NCBI RefSeq assembly: GCF_017355785.1
Contig: NZ_JAFEWE010000002.1
Coordinates: 110,618-174,617, forward strand
Length of the DNA: 64,000 nucleotides
Reading direction: 5' to 3'
DNA from: Desertivirga arenae
GTDB lineage: Bacteria; Bacteroidota; Bacteroidia; Sphingobacteriales; Sphingobacteriaceae
The notes under the pieces are model-generated. The model saw nothing but the letters and a program-made list of their open reading frames with translations, had not been told where the DNA came from and did not search any database. Of this stretch, positions 1-9,083 are shown one piece after another (position 1 is the stretch's first letter; each line of letters begins with the position of its first letter). The position numbers and the translations under genes are program-made.

Positions 1-3000
1 TCTTCAAACACGGCTGCAAAGAAATTGCTTCCTGGCCCGCCAAGCCGCATACGATAAAGCCGCAACCACCTCTTTACATCATTTATATACACTTCATCCA
101 ATGAAGTTTCTCCTGTTTCGAGAAGGCGCTGGTAGAATTGGAAGCGGCCAGGATCCTGGTTTGGGATTGTTTCGGTTGACCTTTTACCTACTACATTGGC
201 AAGGCCTGTATGTCGCTCGAAAGCCTTGTTTACTTCCCTGTAAATAATGTCTATAACATCGCCCTGCTCATTACGAACAACTTCCATGATGCAAAAACCT
301 TCTTCGATCGTTTCAAATAAGGTGCGGTATTTTTCTTCGCTCTTTCGTAACGCTACTTCTGCTTTCGCGCGTTCCAACGCTATCCAGGTACGTTCGGCAA
401 CACCCTCCACCAGGGCAGCTTCGTCTCGCTTCCAGGCGCGTGGCTGAACAGAGGCAACAGTGAGAGCCCTCCAGCTTGTATCTGCCCCGCCTCTTCGCAA
501 CGGAGTGACCAGGAGCGCGCCAATTTGCGAGGCTGCAAGCATCGCCTTTTCTTCGTCAGAAAAACCGGGGTCGTTCACAAAATCGTCGACCTGCATCGGC
601 TGCATAACCAACCGTCGCATGGACTCCGGAAATTCAGTGAGTTTGTATCTGCCCGTATGAGGTTGTAGGTCGGAGCGTCGGTATTCCGGTCCAACGATTG
701 AAACATTTTCTTCGTAAAGGACGCAGTTCAGGTAGCAGCGATCCACATTAAGAAATTCACCCAACAACCTGGTGGTGATCTCACCAATGGCTTCTTCGTC
801 GGTCTGGGCGCGCAATGCATCTCCAAGTCTAACTAAAAACGCCAGCCGTTCTTCGCTTGCACCTAACGCTTCTTCTGCTTTTGCTCTTTCTACTGCTGCC
901 CATGTACGTTCGGCCACCGCAGCTAATAAGGCTTCATCATTAACTGACCAATTCCGAATTTTTGTATCGGCAATGATCAATGACGAGATCAATTTGCCTT
1001 GCCTAACCTGAGATGCTACAAGCATAGAACGAAACCCTGCGGCTATATATCGTCCGCGGATCTCTGGAGTTAATAACTCGTAATTTTCGTAGTCGCCAAT
1101 ATTTAAAATGTGCCCGGATTTCAAAAGATCGAAATACTCGGGAACCCCCGATACATCATGTGTACCTGCAAGTGACAAAAGATCCTCCCTTCGAGAATCA
1201 TACTGCACAACACCGGTATTTTTTTCTTCATCCCATTCCACATAATAGCACCAGCCCGCTTCGTATTGCTTGAGCAGTAAATCTGTTACTGTAGTCTGCG
1301 CAACTTTAAGATTATCGGCCACGCCTAACCTATCGCTGAGATTAAGTAAAAACTGTTGCTGCTGTTCCCGCTGTTTGCGTTCGGTAACATCATGGAAAAC
1401 AACTGCAATTTCCCGACTATTGCTAACACCTATACGAGATGCATAAGTTCGATACCAGCGTCCTGATGGTTCGTGCCAATTTTCATAACAGGATGGCCTG
1501 CCTGTTTTTAGTACCTTATCATAGTTGTCCAGCCAATAATTCTCAGTGTCAGGAGTTACTTCACTTCCCAACTTGCCGGCAGGATTCGCTATTCCGGAAT
1601 GTTTTTGATAGTTAGGATTCGCCTCCAACCAACGATAATCCACTGCCTTTCCGGTCTCATCATATAGCAGTTCAATAATGCAGAAGCCTTCGTCTATCGA
1701 ATTAAATAGCGATTTATATTTATCGGTTGCTTTTTTGGTTACTTCATCTTTGAGATTAAGGATTTCCTGTTCTGCATGTTTGCGTTCGGTAATGTCAACA
1801 GCTGTTGCCACCAGACCATCATCAAGCTTCACCGCCATCAAATGAAACCAGTGTTCGGTACCTTTTAAATTAAGCTGCACTTCGGTGTTAAGCGGCTGGC
1901 CGCCTTCTACCACGTCGCAATACAACTTAAACACATGGGTATCTTTAATGCCGGGATAGGCTTCGGAGTACCGTTGCCCGATCCTGTCTTCGAGCGCATA
2001 TTTCCTCGCTTCACGATTCTCCAGAATGAATGCAAAATCCGTTATATCTCCTTTTTCATCACGCACTGCCTGATGGTAGGCAATTGGGTTAAGCGAGACC
2101 TCGAATACGGTTCGCAATAAGTTTTCCCGGTCAATGAGTTGCTGCTCTGTTTTTTTTCGTTCTGTGATATCAAAATAGGTTACCAGGATTCCCTCTCCAA
2201 ACTTCTCCGCAAACACCTGTGCCCAAACAGAGTATCCGTAGGGCGAAATATCCACTTCATCTCTAAAGCTTTTACCTGTTTCAGCCACCTGTTTATAGTG
2301 CTTTAAAAGCACTGAATCCTTTAATTCAGGGAATTCCTGCGTCATTCTTTTACCGGAAAGTACCTCTCGATTCACGGATCTCAAAGTTCGATCATTGGCG
2401 TAGGCATACTCAAAATCTGTTATATGGCCATGCTGGTTTCTGAAGGGTTTCAGAAGCATGATACTGCTTTCCGTATTATTCAGCACCGATTCGAGCACTG
2501 CCTGCTTTTCGCGAATCTCCTGTTCGGCGTTCTTCCGGTCAGTGATGTTTGCCGTAGTGGTAGCCACCCCGTCGTTTAATTTAACTGTCGATTGGTAAAA
2601 CCATCCGTCGAATTGTTCATGGGAATAGCGTCGTTCGCTCTGATCCGGAATGCCGGTTTCGACAACTCGCTTAAAGGTGTCGAAAATACCTTCCCCAACC
2701 ACTCCCGGATTGGATTCGAGGAGACTTTTGCCGATAACATCGCCGTAAAACTGTTCCGAGGTTTTGTTATTTAGTACCCACGTAAAATCAACAATCTGGC
2801 CATTCTTGTCGCGAACGGCTTTAAATACCTGGATCATATCCAAGGAGCTGTCGATGGTGGCGCGTAGAAATTCCTTATTTTCAACGAGTTCATTTTCCGC
2901 ACTTCTGCGGCGCGTAATATCCTGCACTACTCCAAAAAACTGTTGAGCATTGCCTTCGGCATCAGTGATCACCTTGCCATGCGATTCAACCATTCTCCAT

Positions 3001-3308
3001 TCGCCGTCCTTACGTCGAATGCGGCGGATGTAATAATATGGCTGCTTATCCTGCGCCGCCCTTTCGAGTATCTGACGAACATTCTCGGCATCGTTGGGAT
3101 GCGAACGTGAATCGATGAAATCGAGACTTGGCTCAAACGAAAAAGGTTCTTCTCCGAAGAGCTGATACATCCCTTCAGAGAAGTAAAACTTATTGGCATT
3201 GAGGTTCACTTCGTAGGTGCCGATCCCGGCTATCTCTTCTATAGACCGAACTAAGTCTTCCTCGGTTTGCAGGCGGGCGGTATTCTGTGATTGGCTGTTG
3301 TTTTTCAT
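1..3308 (-). CDS. Multi-PAS / GAF-domain sensor protein, probably a sensor histidine kinase. It is 3'-partial: the C-terminal output domain lies beyond the window start. The ORF track missed it because no stop codon is inside the window.
   Basis: Manual reverse-complement translation from the ATG at 3308-3306 (MKNNSQSQNTARLQTEEDL...) reads with no stop codon through to position 1. There are repeated PAS-like blocks, each followed by a 'DITERK..EQ' linker, and two GAF-like segments. Codon usage is consistent. The short + strand ORFs at 247-3199 are antisense artefacts. Confidence 0.8.
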   Translation of the reverse strand, partial: MKNNSQSQNTARLQTEEDLVRSIEEIAGIGTYEVNLNANKFYFSEGMYQLFGEEPFSFEPSLDFIDSRSHPNDAENVRQILERAAQDKQPYYYIRRIRRKDGEWRMVESHGKVITDAEGNAQQFFGVVQDITRRRSAENELVENKEFLRATIDSSLDMIQVFKAVRDKNGQIVDFTWVLNNKTSEQFYGDVIGKSLLESNPGVVGEGIFDTFKRVVETGIPDQSERRYSHEQFDGWFYQSTVKLNDGVATTTANITDRKNAEQEIREKQAVLESVLNNTESSIMLLKPFRNQHGHITDFEYAYANDRTLRSVNREVLSGKRMTQEFPELKDSVLLKHYKQVAETGKSFRDEVDISPYGYSVWAQVFAEKFGEGILVTYFDITERKKTEQQLIDRENLLRTVFEVSLNPIAYHQAVRDEKGDITDFAFILENREARKYALEDRIGQRYSEAYPGIKDTHVFKLYCDVVEGGQPLNTEVQLNLKGTEHWFHLMAVKLDDGLVATAVDITERKHAEQEILNLKDEVTKKATDKYKSLFNSIDEGFCIIELLYDETGKAVDYRWLEANPNYQKHSGIANPAGKLGSEVTPDTENYWLDNYDKVLKTGRPSCYENWHEPSGRWYRTYASRIGVSNSREIAVVFHDVTERKQREQQQQFLLNLSDRLGVADNLKVAQTTVTDLLLKQYEAGWCYYVEWDEEKNTGVVQYDSRREDLLSLAGTHDVSGVPEYFDLLKSGHILNIGDYENYELLTPEIRGRYIAAGFRSMLVASQVRQGKLISSLIIADTKIRNWSVNDEALLAAVAERTWAAVERAKAEEALGASEERLAFLVRLGDALRAQTDEEAIGEITTRLLGEFLNVDRCYLNCVLYEENVSIVGPEYRRSDLQPHTGRYKLTEFPESMRRLVMQPMQVDDFVNDPGFSDEEKAMLAASQIGALLVTPLRRGGADTSWRALTVASVQPRAWKRDEAALVEGVAERTWIALERAKAEVALRKSEEKYRTLFETIEEGFCIMEVVRNEQGDVIDIIYREVNKAFERHTGLANVVGKRSTETIPNQDPGRFQFYQRLLETGETSLDEVYINDVKRWLRLYRMRLGGPGSNFFAAVFE

Positions 3309-3646
3309 GAAGCACTTAACGATCCTCAACATAACAGATTTCAAGGAAATTGGTGCACTTAATCAGCTTTTTTTGTCCATATTTAATCAGGAGCCCTTTA
3401 TGCCTGCGATGAGATAAAAAATATGAGGTTAAAAAACAGCCGAGTTCCAGATCTAACCATCCTTCGTGGAATACTATTTCGGGATACCCAAGACGGTATT
3501 GCGGCCGACATTGATTCGCCATTGGTTTCACATTTGTTCGGAGCCTTGGCAAGGTCCTGGCCCCGCTTCCGCCCTCTCTCCCGAATCTGTCTGCCCTTTG
3601 GTATAAATCAGTCACGAATCATGTACCAATGATCCCAGAAGAGACA

Positions 3647-3702
3647 TCGCTATAAGGTCGCTATAACATCGCTGTAAGGTCGCTATAAGGTCGCTGTAAG
3701 TT
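3647..3702. repeat. Five tandem copies of a degenerate 11-bp direct repeat, CGCT(A/G)TAAGGT with one variant CGCTATAACAT, in a divergent intergenic region.
   Basis: Read directly: cgctataaggt cgctataacat cgctgtaaggt cgctataaggt cgctgtaagtt. The 11-bp period is about one helical turn. It sits about 340 bp upstream of the minus-strand PAS sensor start and about 310 bp upstream of the 4010 CDS. Confidence 0.7.
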
Positions 3703-4009
3703 GATTGGATTTTTTTGAAAGAGGAATTACTTTAACAGTAATCCTTAAAAGTACAACTAAACCTTCTTTTATCACAAAAAATTAAGAAAAAAAGGGGAAA
3801 AGAGGGTGCGGTAATTATTGCGTTGAATTTCAGTTACGAGAGGCGGGATAATCTGGATTACCCGGAGTCGGAAAGGATACTCAATGTCCTAAATGGTCAC
3901 TAAAAGCTGGAGTATCTATAGTTTTGGAATAAAAGTGACTTTAAATTAATCTTAGCTGCGTGGAATAGGTTGTACATTAGCAGGGTTTATATCAAATTTC
4001 TAGAATACT

Positions 4010-5032
4010 ATGGAAATAGGCATTGATAGCTTTGCTTCGGCAATGTATGGTAGCAATGAGTTGAGTAGTTTGGATGCGATGGAACAGCTTTTGGATAGGA
4101 TTGTTGCTGCTGATGTTGCTGGCTTGGATGTTTTCGGGATTGGGGAACATCATAAGAAGGAATACCTTGATTCTGCTCCTGCGGTGATCCTTGCGGCAGC
4201 GGCGGCGCGCACAAAGAATATTCGTTTGACGAGTGCTGTTACGGTGTTGAGTACTTCGGATCCTGTTCGAGTTTTTCAGAGTTTTGCTACGCTGGATGTA
4301 ATTTCTAAGGGCCGCGCTGAATTGGTTGTTGGCCGGGGTTCTGCTGTTGAGTCTTATCCTTTATTTGGCTTTGATTTGAATGACTATGATGCGCTATTCA
4401 AAGAGAAGTTGCAGCTATTACTGCAGATCCGGGATAAGGAATTTGTAAGCTGGTCAGGTCGGTTCAGGCCCGCTTTGGATAATCAGCCGGTTTATCCGCG
4501 TCCCTTGCAGGAAAAGCTTCCGGTTTGGTTAGGCGTTGGTGGTACTCCGGAATCCTTTGCCCGTGCGGGAAGGTTAGGATTGCCATTAATGGTTGCTATT
4601 ATCGGAGGGGAAACGGAGCGGTTTCGACCCCTCATTGATCTTTATAGAAAGGCTGGCCGGGAGGCTGGCTTTAGCCAGGAACAACTTAAGGTTGGGTTGC
4701 ACTCCCCGGGCTACGTTGGGGAGAGTGATCAGTCGGCTGTAGCGGATTATTATCCTGGCTTTATAGAGACCTGGAATAAAGCGGGACGAGAACGAGGATG
4801 GCCACCTGTAACTAAGAGTCAGTTTGACCATTTAATAGGTCCCAAAGGTGTACTGGTAGTAGGTGGGCCGCAGACTGTTGTGCAGAAGCTTTTAAGACAT
4901 AGTGAAGCTCTGGGAGGAGTTGACCGTTTCACCTTTCAAATGGATATTGCCGGTCTAAATCATCAGCAATTAATGCGCTCTATTGAGCTGATCGGTTCTG
5001 AAGTAATTCCAAAAATCAGGTTAAGTACCTAG
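4010..5032 (+). CDS. LLM-class (luciferase-like) flavin-dependent oxidoreductase.
   Basis: 340-aa ORF. The N-terminal MEIGIDSF... and the overall pattern are typical of luciferase-like monooxygenase-family TIM barrels. Family-level recognition only. Confidence 0.7.
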   Translation: MEIGIDSFASAMYGSNELSSLDAMEQLLDRIVAADVAGLDVFGIGEHHKKEYLDSAPAVILAAAAARTKNIRLTSAVTVLSTSDPVRVFQSFATLDVISKGRAELVVGRGSAVESYPLFGFDLNDYDALFKEKLQLLLQIRDKEFVSWSGRFRPALDNQPVYPRPLQEKLPVWLGVGGTPESFARAGRLGLPLMVAIIGGETERFRPLIDLYRKAGREAGFSQEQLKVGLHSPGYVGESDQSAVADYYPGFIETWNKAGRERGWPPVTKSQFDHLIGPKGVLVVGGPQTVVQKLLRHSEALGGVDRFTFQMDIAGLNHQQLMRSIELIGSEVIPKIRLST

Positions 5033-5336
5033 TAAGGAGTAGGCTTCTATTCAACTTCCGATTCCTCTAGTAGTTCCTTTTCGGCTTCCATATAGTGCAT
5101 ACCCTGGAAGAATTGAACCACATAGAGGCAATAAAAGATGTTTAGGCTTAAAGTGTAGTAGAAATTGGTTTGGGGTTGTTTATTATAACTGACAAATCTA
5201 TTTCCTATCTTTGCCACCATCAACAACCCTCATATCATTTGAGCCATGTAATGTCATACATACATTCTGTTTAAAGAATGACTTCCTCTCTCAGAGGAAG
5301 AGATGACTCTTATTGTTTTATTTAATCTTAAACATC

Positions 5337-5891
5337 ATGGCTATTTCAAAAAAATATGGCAGGACATATCATTATCCTTTTTCGCCAGGCACTACCAGCG
5401 ACGACAGGATACAACATAATTATTGGGAACTTGTAAAAGAAATTCCAGAGCTTTTACATACCGAGAAACTTGACGGAGAAAACAACTGTTTGTCAAAACT
5501 TGGCGTATTTGCCCGTTCCCATGCTGCTCCAACGGTTTCTCCATGGACAGAGAGCTTGCGTAGGTTCTGGCAATTAATCAAAAACGACCTGGGCGATCTG
5601 GAAATATTTCTGGAGAACCTGTATGCAGTTCACTCTATCGAATACAGGAATCTGGATCATCATTTTTATGTATTCGGGGTGCGGGAGAATGATCGCTGGC
5701 TAAGCTGGGAGGAAACAAAGTTCTATGCTAACATGCTTGATCTTCCTACTGTACCGGAATTACAATTTTCAACCAGCTTGTCAGACACAAAAGCTTTCGA
5801 ACAGGAAGTTTTGAACCTTGCTTCGGGCAGAGGATCTTTCGAACCCTTTGATATTCATTCGGCAAACCGACCACGATTGAAGGTATTGTGA
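5337..5891 (+). CDS. ATP-dependent polynucleotide (RNA) ligase family protein: a nucleotidyltransferase with the KxDG adenylation motif.
   Basis: Motif I 'EKLDGEN' (KxDG) sits about 50 aa from the N-terminus. The likely true start is MAISKKYGRTYHY at 5337, rather than the 5313 ATG of the track ORF. It lies immediately upstream of the HD-Pnk gene. Confidence 0.65.
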   Translation: MAISKKYGRTYHYPFSPGTTSDDRIQHNYWELVKEIPELLHTEKLDGENNCLSKLGVFARSHAAPTVSPWTESLRRFWQLIKNDLGDLEIFLENLYAVHSIEYRNLDHHFYVFGVRENDRWLSWEETKFYANMLDLPTVPELQFSTSLSDTKAFEQEVLNLASGRGSFEPFDIHSANRPRLKVL

Positions 5892-6029
5892 GCCGGAACA
5901 CTAAGGCCTATTCGGTGGATAGCTTTTCAGAGAACGTTTTCAAATATGTTAGAAAAGGGCATGTAAAAACGGACGAGCACTGGACTAGAAACTGGAAGCG
6001 AGCGAGACTAAATCAGGAAGGAGGTAGCT

Positions 6030-7136
6030 ATGTGGACTATCAGTAAAAATAAGGATTGGGATTATCTCAAAGAAAATTTTGATTGGGTTAGTCGCATGGA
6101 AAATGTTCATCAAGATCCTCGTCATCATGCAGAGGGGAATGTCGCCATTCATACGCAGATGGTATTGAATGCATTAGATAGTCTTCCTGGCTTTCAAAAT
6201 CTTTTACCTCAGGAACAGGAGATCCTTTGGGCGTCAGCTTTGCTGCACGACGTTGAAAAGTATAATACTACGGTGCTGGAAGCAGACGGAAGTATTACAG
6301 CTCATGGCCATGCTCGTAAGGGAGCAATGAAAACTCGTCAAATATTGTATCGGGAAATTGCAACACCTTTCCCTATACGTGAACAGATCGTAGGGTTAGT
6401 ACGCCATCACGGCTTGCCTTTATGGTTACTGGAAAAGCCTGATCCTCTTAAGGTTCTGGTAAAAGCAAGTTATGAGGTAAATACAGAATGGCTGGCTTTA
6501 TTAGCAAGAGCAGATGCTTTGGGACGCTACTGCCAGGATCAGGAAGATTTGCTTTATCGGATTGACTGCTTTGAAGAGTATTGCAGGGAACGTAGTTGCT
6601 GGGGCGCTGCAAAAACCTTTCATTCTTCCCATGCCCGAATGTATTACCTTGCTAAAGAAAACAGTCCCGTCGATTATGTGCCTTTTCAGGAACCAGAGGC
6701 AGAAGTTGTCTTATTATCAGGATTACCTGGTGCAGGGAAGGATAATTATCTGCAAAAGCATCTGTCAGAAATGCCTCAGATTTCTCTGGATAATATCCGT
6801 CGGGAAAAGCGAATTTCTCCGACAGATAAAAAGGCCAATGGAAGAGTAATTCAGGAAGCAAAAGAGATGGCAAAAGGTCTTCTGAGAAAGAAGAAAGGAT
6901 TTGTGTGGAATGCAACTAATATTACTTCACAAATGCGCTCGCAGCTAATTGAGCTTTTTACTTCTTATGGTGCTAAGGTGCGTATTGTTTACATTGAGGT
7001 TCCTTATCAAACTCTCCAGGGGCAAAATACAAAACGGGAGGAAATGGTTCCCGGGAATGTAATTGAGCATCTCATTGATAAGTTGGAAGTGCCGGCAGCT
7101 TGGGAAGCGCATGAGGTGAAATATATTATTAGGTAA
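6030..7136 (+). CDS. HD-Pnk type end-healing enzyme: an N-terminal HD phosphoesterase domain plus a C-terminal P-loop polynucleotide 5'-OH kinase domain.
   Basis: HD-domain signature H..H...HD ('HHAEGNVAIHTQM...LLHDVEKY'). Walker A 'LLSGLPGAGKD' in the C-terminal third. The architecture matches the HD-Pnk family described from Runella, which is typically operonic with a ligase. Confidence 0.7.
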   Translation: MWTISKNKDWDYLKENFDWVSRMENVHQDPRHHAEGNVAIHTQMVLNALDSLPGFQNLLPQEQEILWASALLHDVEKYNTTVLEADGSITAHGHARKGAMKTRQILYREIATPFPIREQIVGLVRHHGLPLWLLEKPDPLKVLVKASYEVNTEWLALLARADALGRYCQDQEDLLYRIDCFEEYCRERSCWGAAKTFHSSHARMYYLAKENSPVDYVPFQEPEAEVVLLSGLPGAGKDNYLQKHLSEMPQISLDNIRREKRISPTDKKANGRVIQEAKEMAKGLLRKKKGFVWNATNITSQMRSQLIELFTSYGAKVRIVYIEVPYQTLQGQNTKREEMVPGNVIEHLIDKLEVPAAWEAHEVKYIIR

Positions 7137-7145
7137 TTTACTAAA

Positions 7146-7180
7146 TAAAGGAGCTGTGTGTTAGCTCCTTTATAATATTT
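7146..7180. terminator. Bidirectional intrinsic-terminator-like hairpin: aaggagct-gtgtgtt-agctcctt followed by a T-rich tract.
   Basis: An 8-bp perfect stem with flanking A/T runs, between convergent genes (6030..7136 + and 7199..7684 -). Confidence 0.5.
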
Positions 7181-7198
7181 TCAATGCTACAGGCTTAC

Positions 7199-7684
7199 CT
7201 ATCGCAATAAACTATTCGGATCTTTTAAATACAACCGGATAAATTCATCGAAAGAACTGGCTACAGGTTGAAAGGCTCCCAATGTCTGGTACTCGGTATA
7301 TATTTTATTATCTGTTTTGCTGAAACCGAATGAGCAAAGATTAATTGAATGATCGCAAAACCAGATTGCATCTGAAGAATGATATCCATCGCTATTTTCT
7401 TCTCTCATTCTATCAAGAGACCAAAAGGAGAACAGATTTTCATCCCATTCAAAATCTTCAAACCCATTAATCCTTAGTAAGTAATCTATGAAGAAGTCAT
7501 CTTCAAACGAAAACTCAAATTCATTCTCGAACTGCCTGATAGTATGATAAGCAATGCCAGAATTTAAGCGGATATTTTTTCTGTCCCAATGGCTAATAAG
7601 TTCTTCCAACTTGTTTATGGGCGCTCGCTCTGAAGCTAAATGACTTTTTTTCCTGAATAAATTTCTCAAAAACCTCATATGCAA
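7199..7684 (-). CDS. Hypothetical protein. It could be a SUKH/SMI1-KNR4-like immunity-type protein, but the assignment is weak.
   Basis: 161-aa ORF, acidic and aromatic-rich. Only loose resemblance to SMI1/KNR4 family patterns. Confidence 0.4.
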   Translation of the reverse strand: MHMRFLRNLFRKKSHLASERAPINKLEELISHWDRKNIRLNSGIAYHTIRQFENEFEFSFEDDFFIDYLLRINGFEDFEWDENLFSFWSLDRMREENSDGYHSSDAIWFCDHSINLCSFGFSKTDNKIYTEYQTLGAFQPVASSFDEFIRLYLKDPNSLLR

Positions 7685-7773
7685 CCCTTAATATTGTGGC
7701 AATTCCGCTTTTAAATTATACTTTTCAGCCGGAGATGGACTTGGCATATTTACTTATTTAAATGAATTATTAG

Positions 7774-8379
7774 CTATTCAATCTCCGGTAGTTGCCGTTC
7801 ATCTTCACCGGGATAGTAATTTTTTTCAAGAAAGAATGCATATTTCATTAGATCATGTTTTGCGCCGACCGTTAAGTATTCTATATACTTTAAATTCTGA
7901 AGACTATTGTTCGTTTCATTGAATGCAGTTGAAGAAAGCAGGCTAATTAAAACATCCTTCTGTCTCCACCATTCTCTTATCAAATTCAAATTCCAGTGAT
8001 CATTCCCATCAAAACCGTAGCTGCTAAACGGGTCAACATATGCAGCTGAAATAACTCCAAGCATTTCGTCTAGATTTCGTGGCTGCACAAAGATATGCTC
8101 TCTGCCATCGTGGTCATAAACAATATTATCAGGCGCCTCCTGTTGTCCTGTGCCGCAATTATCAGTAAATGAGGTATAGAAGGGGCCAGGAAAATTTAAT
8201 GGGTCACGTTCCTTAAAGACAATGGATTGTTCCAGCAGTTCCTGTCTAAAATAGACCTTTTCTATGGCATGAAGAACACTCTTGTCAAACCTCCCGGAGT
8301 AAAGAATCTTTTCGATTTGACTTCCAAATTGATCTTTTACGCTGTTCTTTCTGGCATTCCAGTCTATCCGTTTATACAT
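7774..8379 (-). CDS. Hypothetical protein.
   Basis: 201-aa ORF with coding-like composition and no recognisable motif. It sits upstream on the same strand as 7199..7684. Confidence 0.45.
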   Translation of the reverse strand: MYKRIDWNARKNSVKDQFGSQIEKILYSGRFDKSVLHAIEKVYFRQELLEQSIVFKERDPLNFPGPFYTSFTDNCGTGQQEAPDNIVYDHDGREHIFVQPRNLDEMLGVISAAYVDPFSSYGFDGNDHWNLNLIREWWRQKDVLISLLSSTAFNETNNSLQNLKYIEYLTVGAKHDLMKYAFFLEKNYYPGEDERQLPEIE

Positions 8380-8569
8380 ACGATGTTTTTATTATCAAAA
8401 CAAATGTCACGGAACACAGTCAGTATTTCAACTTACTAAAATTTATACCGGATTACCTTAGGTTATAATGTAGTGTTTGTTCTTTATTTTAGCCGCAGAA
8501 AATGCAGCCTTCTTATATTCTTGACACATTTCTTTCAAAGCTTAAGCGTCTAAATTGGGCTACCACGCC

Positions 8570-8980
8570 TTACGGAAAAGCCTCGCAAAAGTCCATTCTT
8601 TTGATTTCAATTATTGACTTGGTCGATTCAGGAACGATATAAATAAATGATTGAATATGTGACCAACTTAATTGTCTCGACAGTGTCGAGACAATCTGCT
8701 CTTTAGGAAAAACTTCAAAAAAGCGGATACAATGTCTTAGTTGTTTTTCACTCCATCTATTCCCGAATTCAACAGTTAATTGTCGCGCCAACGTGGCGAC
8801 AATCTGTTTCCCATATTCAGCACGTTGATTTTGTATGGTGTCTTCATTAATACGCTTCCCTATTTCCCAATAAAGAAGCGTAAGGGTAGAATTTACCGAA
8901 ACTGCTATTTGTTTTTTGCTCTGTTCTATTAAAAGCTTTACTTCCTATAGCAGAAAATTCGAATTCAATTCATTACTCAT
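8570..8980 (-). pseudogene. Degraded DUF1016/YhcG-family (PDDEXK nuclease) gene. It has an in-frame TAG at codon 12 and a C-terminal truncation.
   Basis: Reverse-strand translation gives MSNELNSNFLL*EVKLLIEQSKKQIAVSVNSTLTLLYWEIGKRINEDTIQNQRAEYGKQIVATLARQLTVEFGNRW...LSWSHI... This is a typical YhcG N-terminal region. The ORF stops after about 135 codons, whereas family members are about 350 aa. Confidence 0.55.
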
Positions 8981-9083
8981 AAAACATCTTTCTTAGCGGA
9001 ATATTAGAGCGTCCCTTAAAGGGCATGAAAGTAATTAAATCTGACCTTTGTCCAAAGACGTAATCAAATTTCGTCTATTATCT

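Noticed and set aside
247-3199. Several 60-80 aa + strand ORFs (247..447, 460..660, 772..1011, 1935..2120, 2592..2946).
   Set aside because: All lie antisense to the continuous >1100-codon minus-strand PAS/GAF reading frame. They have Ser/Ala/Arg-rich low-complexity translations typical of shadow ORFs.
3647-3702. The 11-bp tandem array, considered as a possible CRISPR array.
   Set aside because: The repeats are contiguous with no spacers, only 11 bp long and degenerate. It is an iteron or microsatellite-like array. It is kept as a repeat feature instead.
6514-6915. Overlapping ORFs 6514..6849 (+) and 6652..6915 (-) inside the HD-Pnk gene.
   Set aside because: They are fully embedded in a well-supported CDS that carries HD and P-loop motifs. 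They are alternative-frame artefacts.
8670-8800. A perfect 11+1+11 palindrome (ttgtctcgaca g tgtcgagacaa at 8671..8693) and a related imperfect palindrome (ttgtcgcgccaacgtggcgacaa at ~8778..8800). I considered them as MITE termini or operator sites.
   Set aside because: Both fall inside the DUF1016 reading frame. They encode the family-conserved peptides QIVSTLSRQL and QIVATLARQL. The palindromy is most simply a by-product of that repeated coding motif. There are no flanking target-site duplications.
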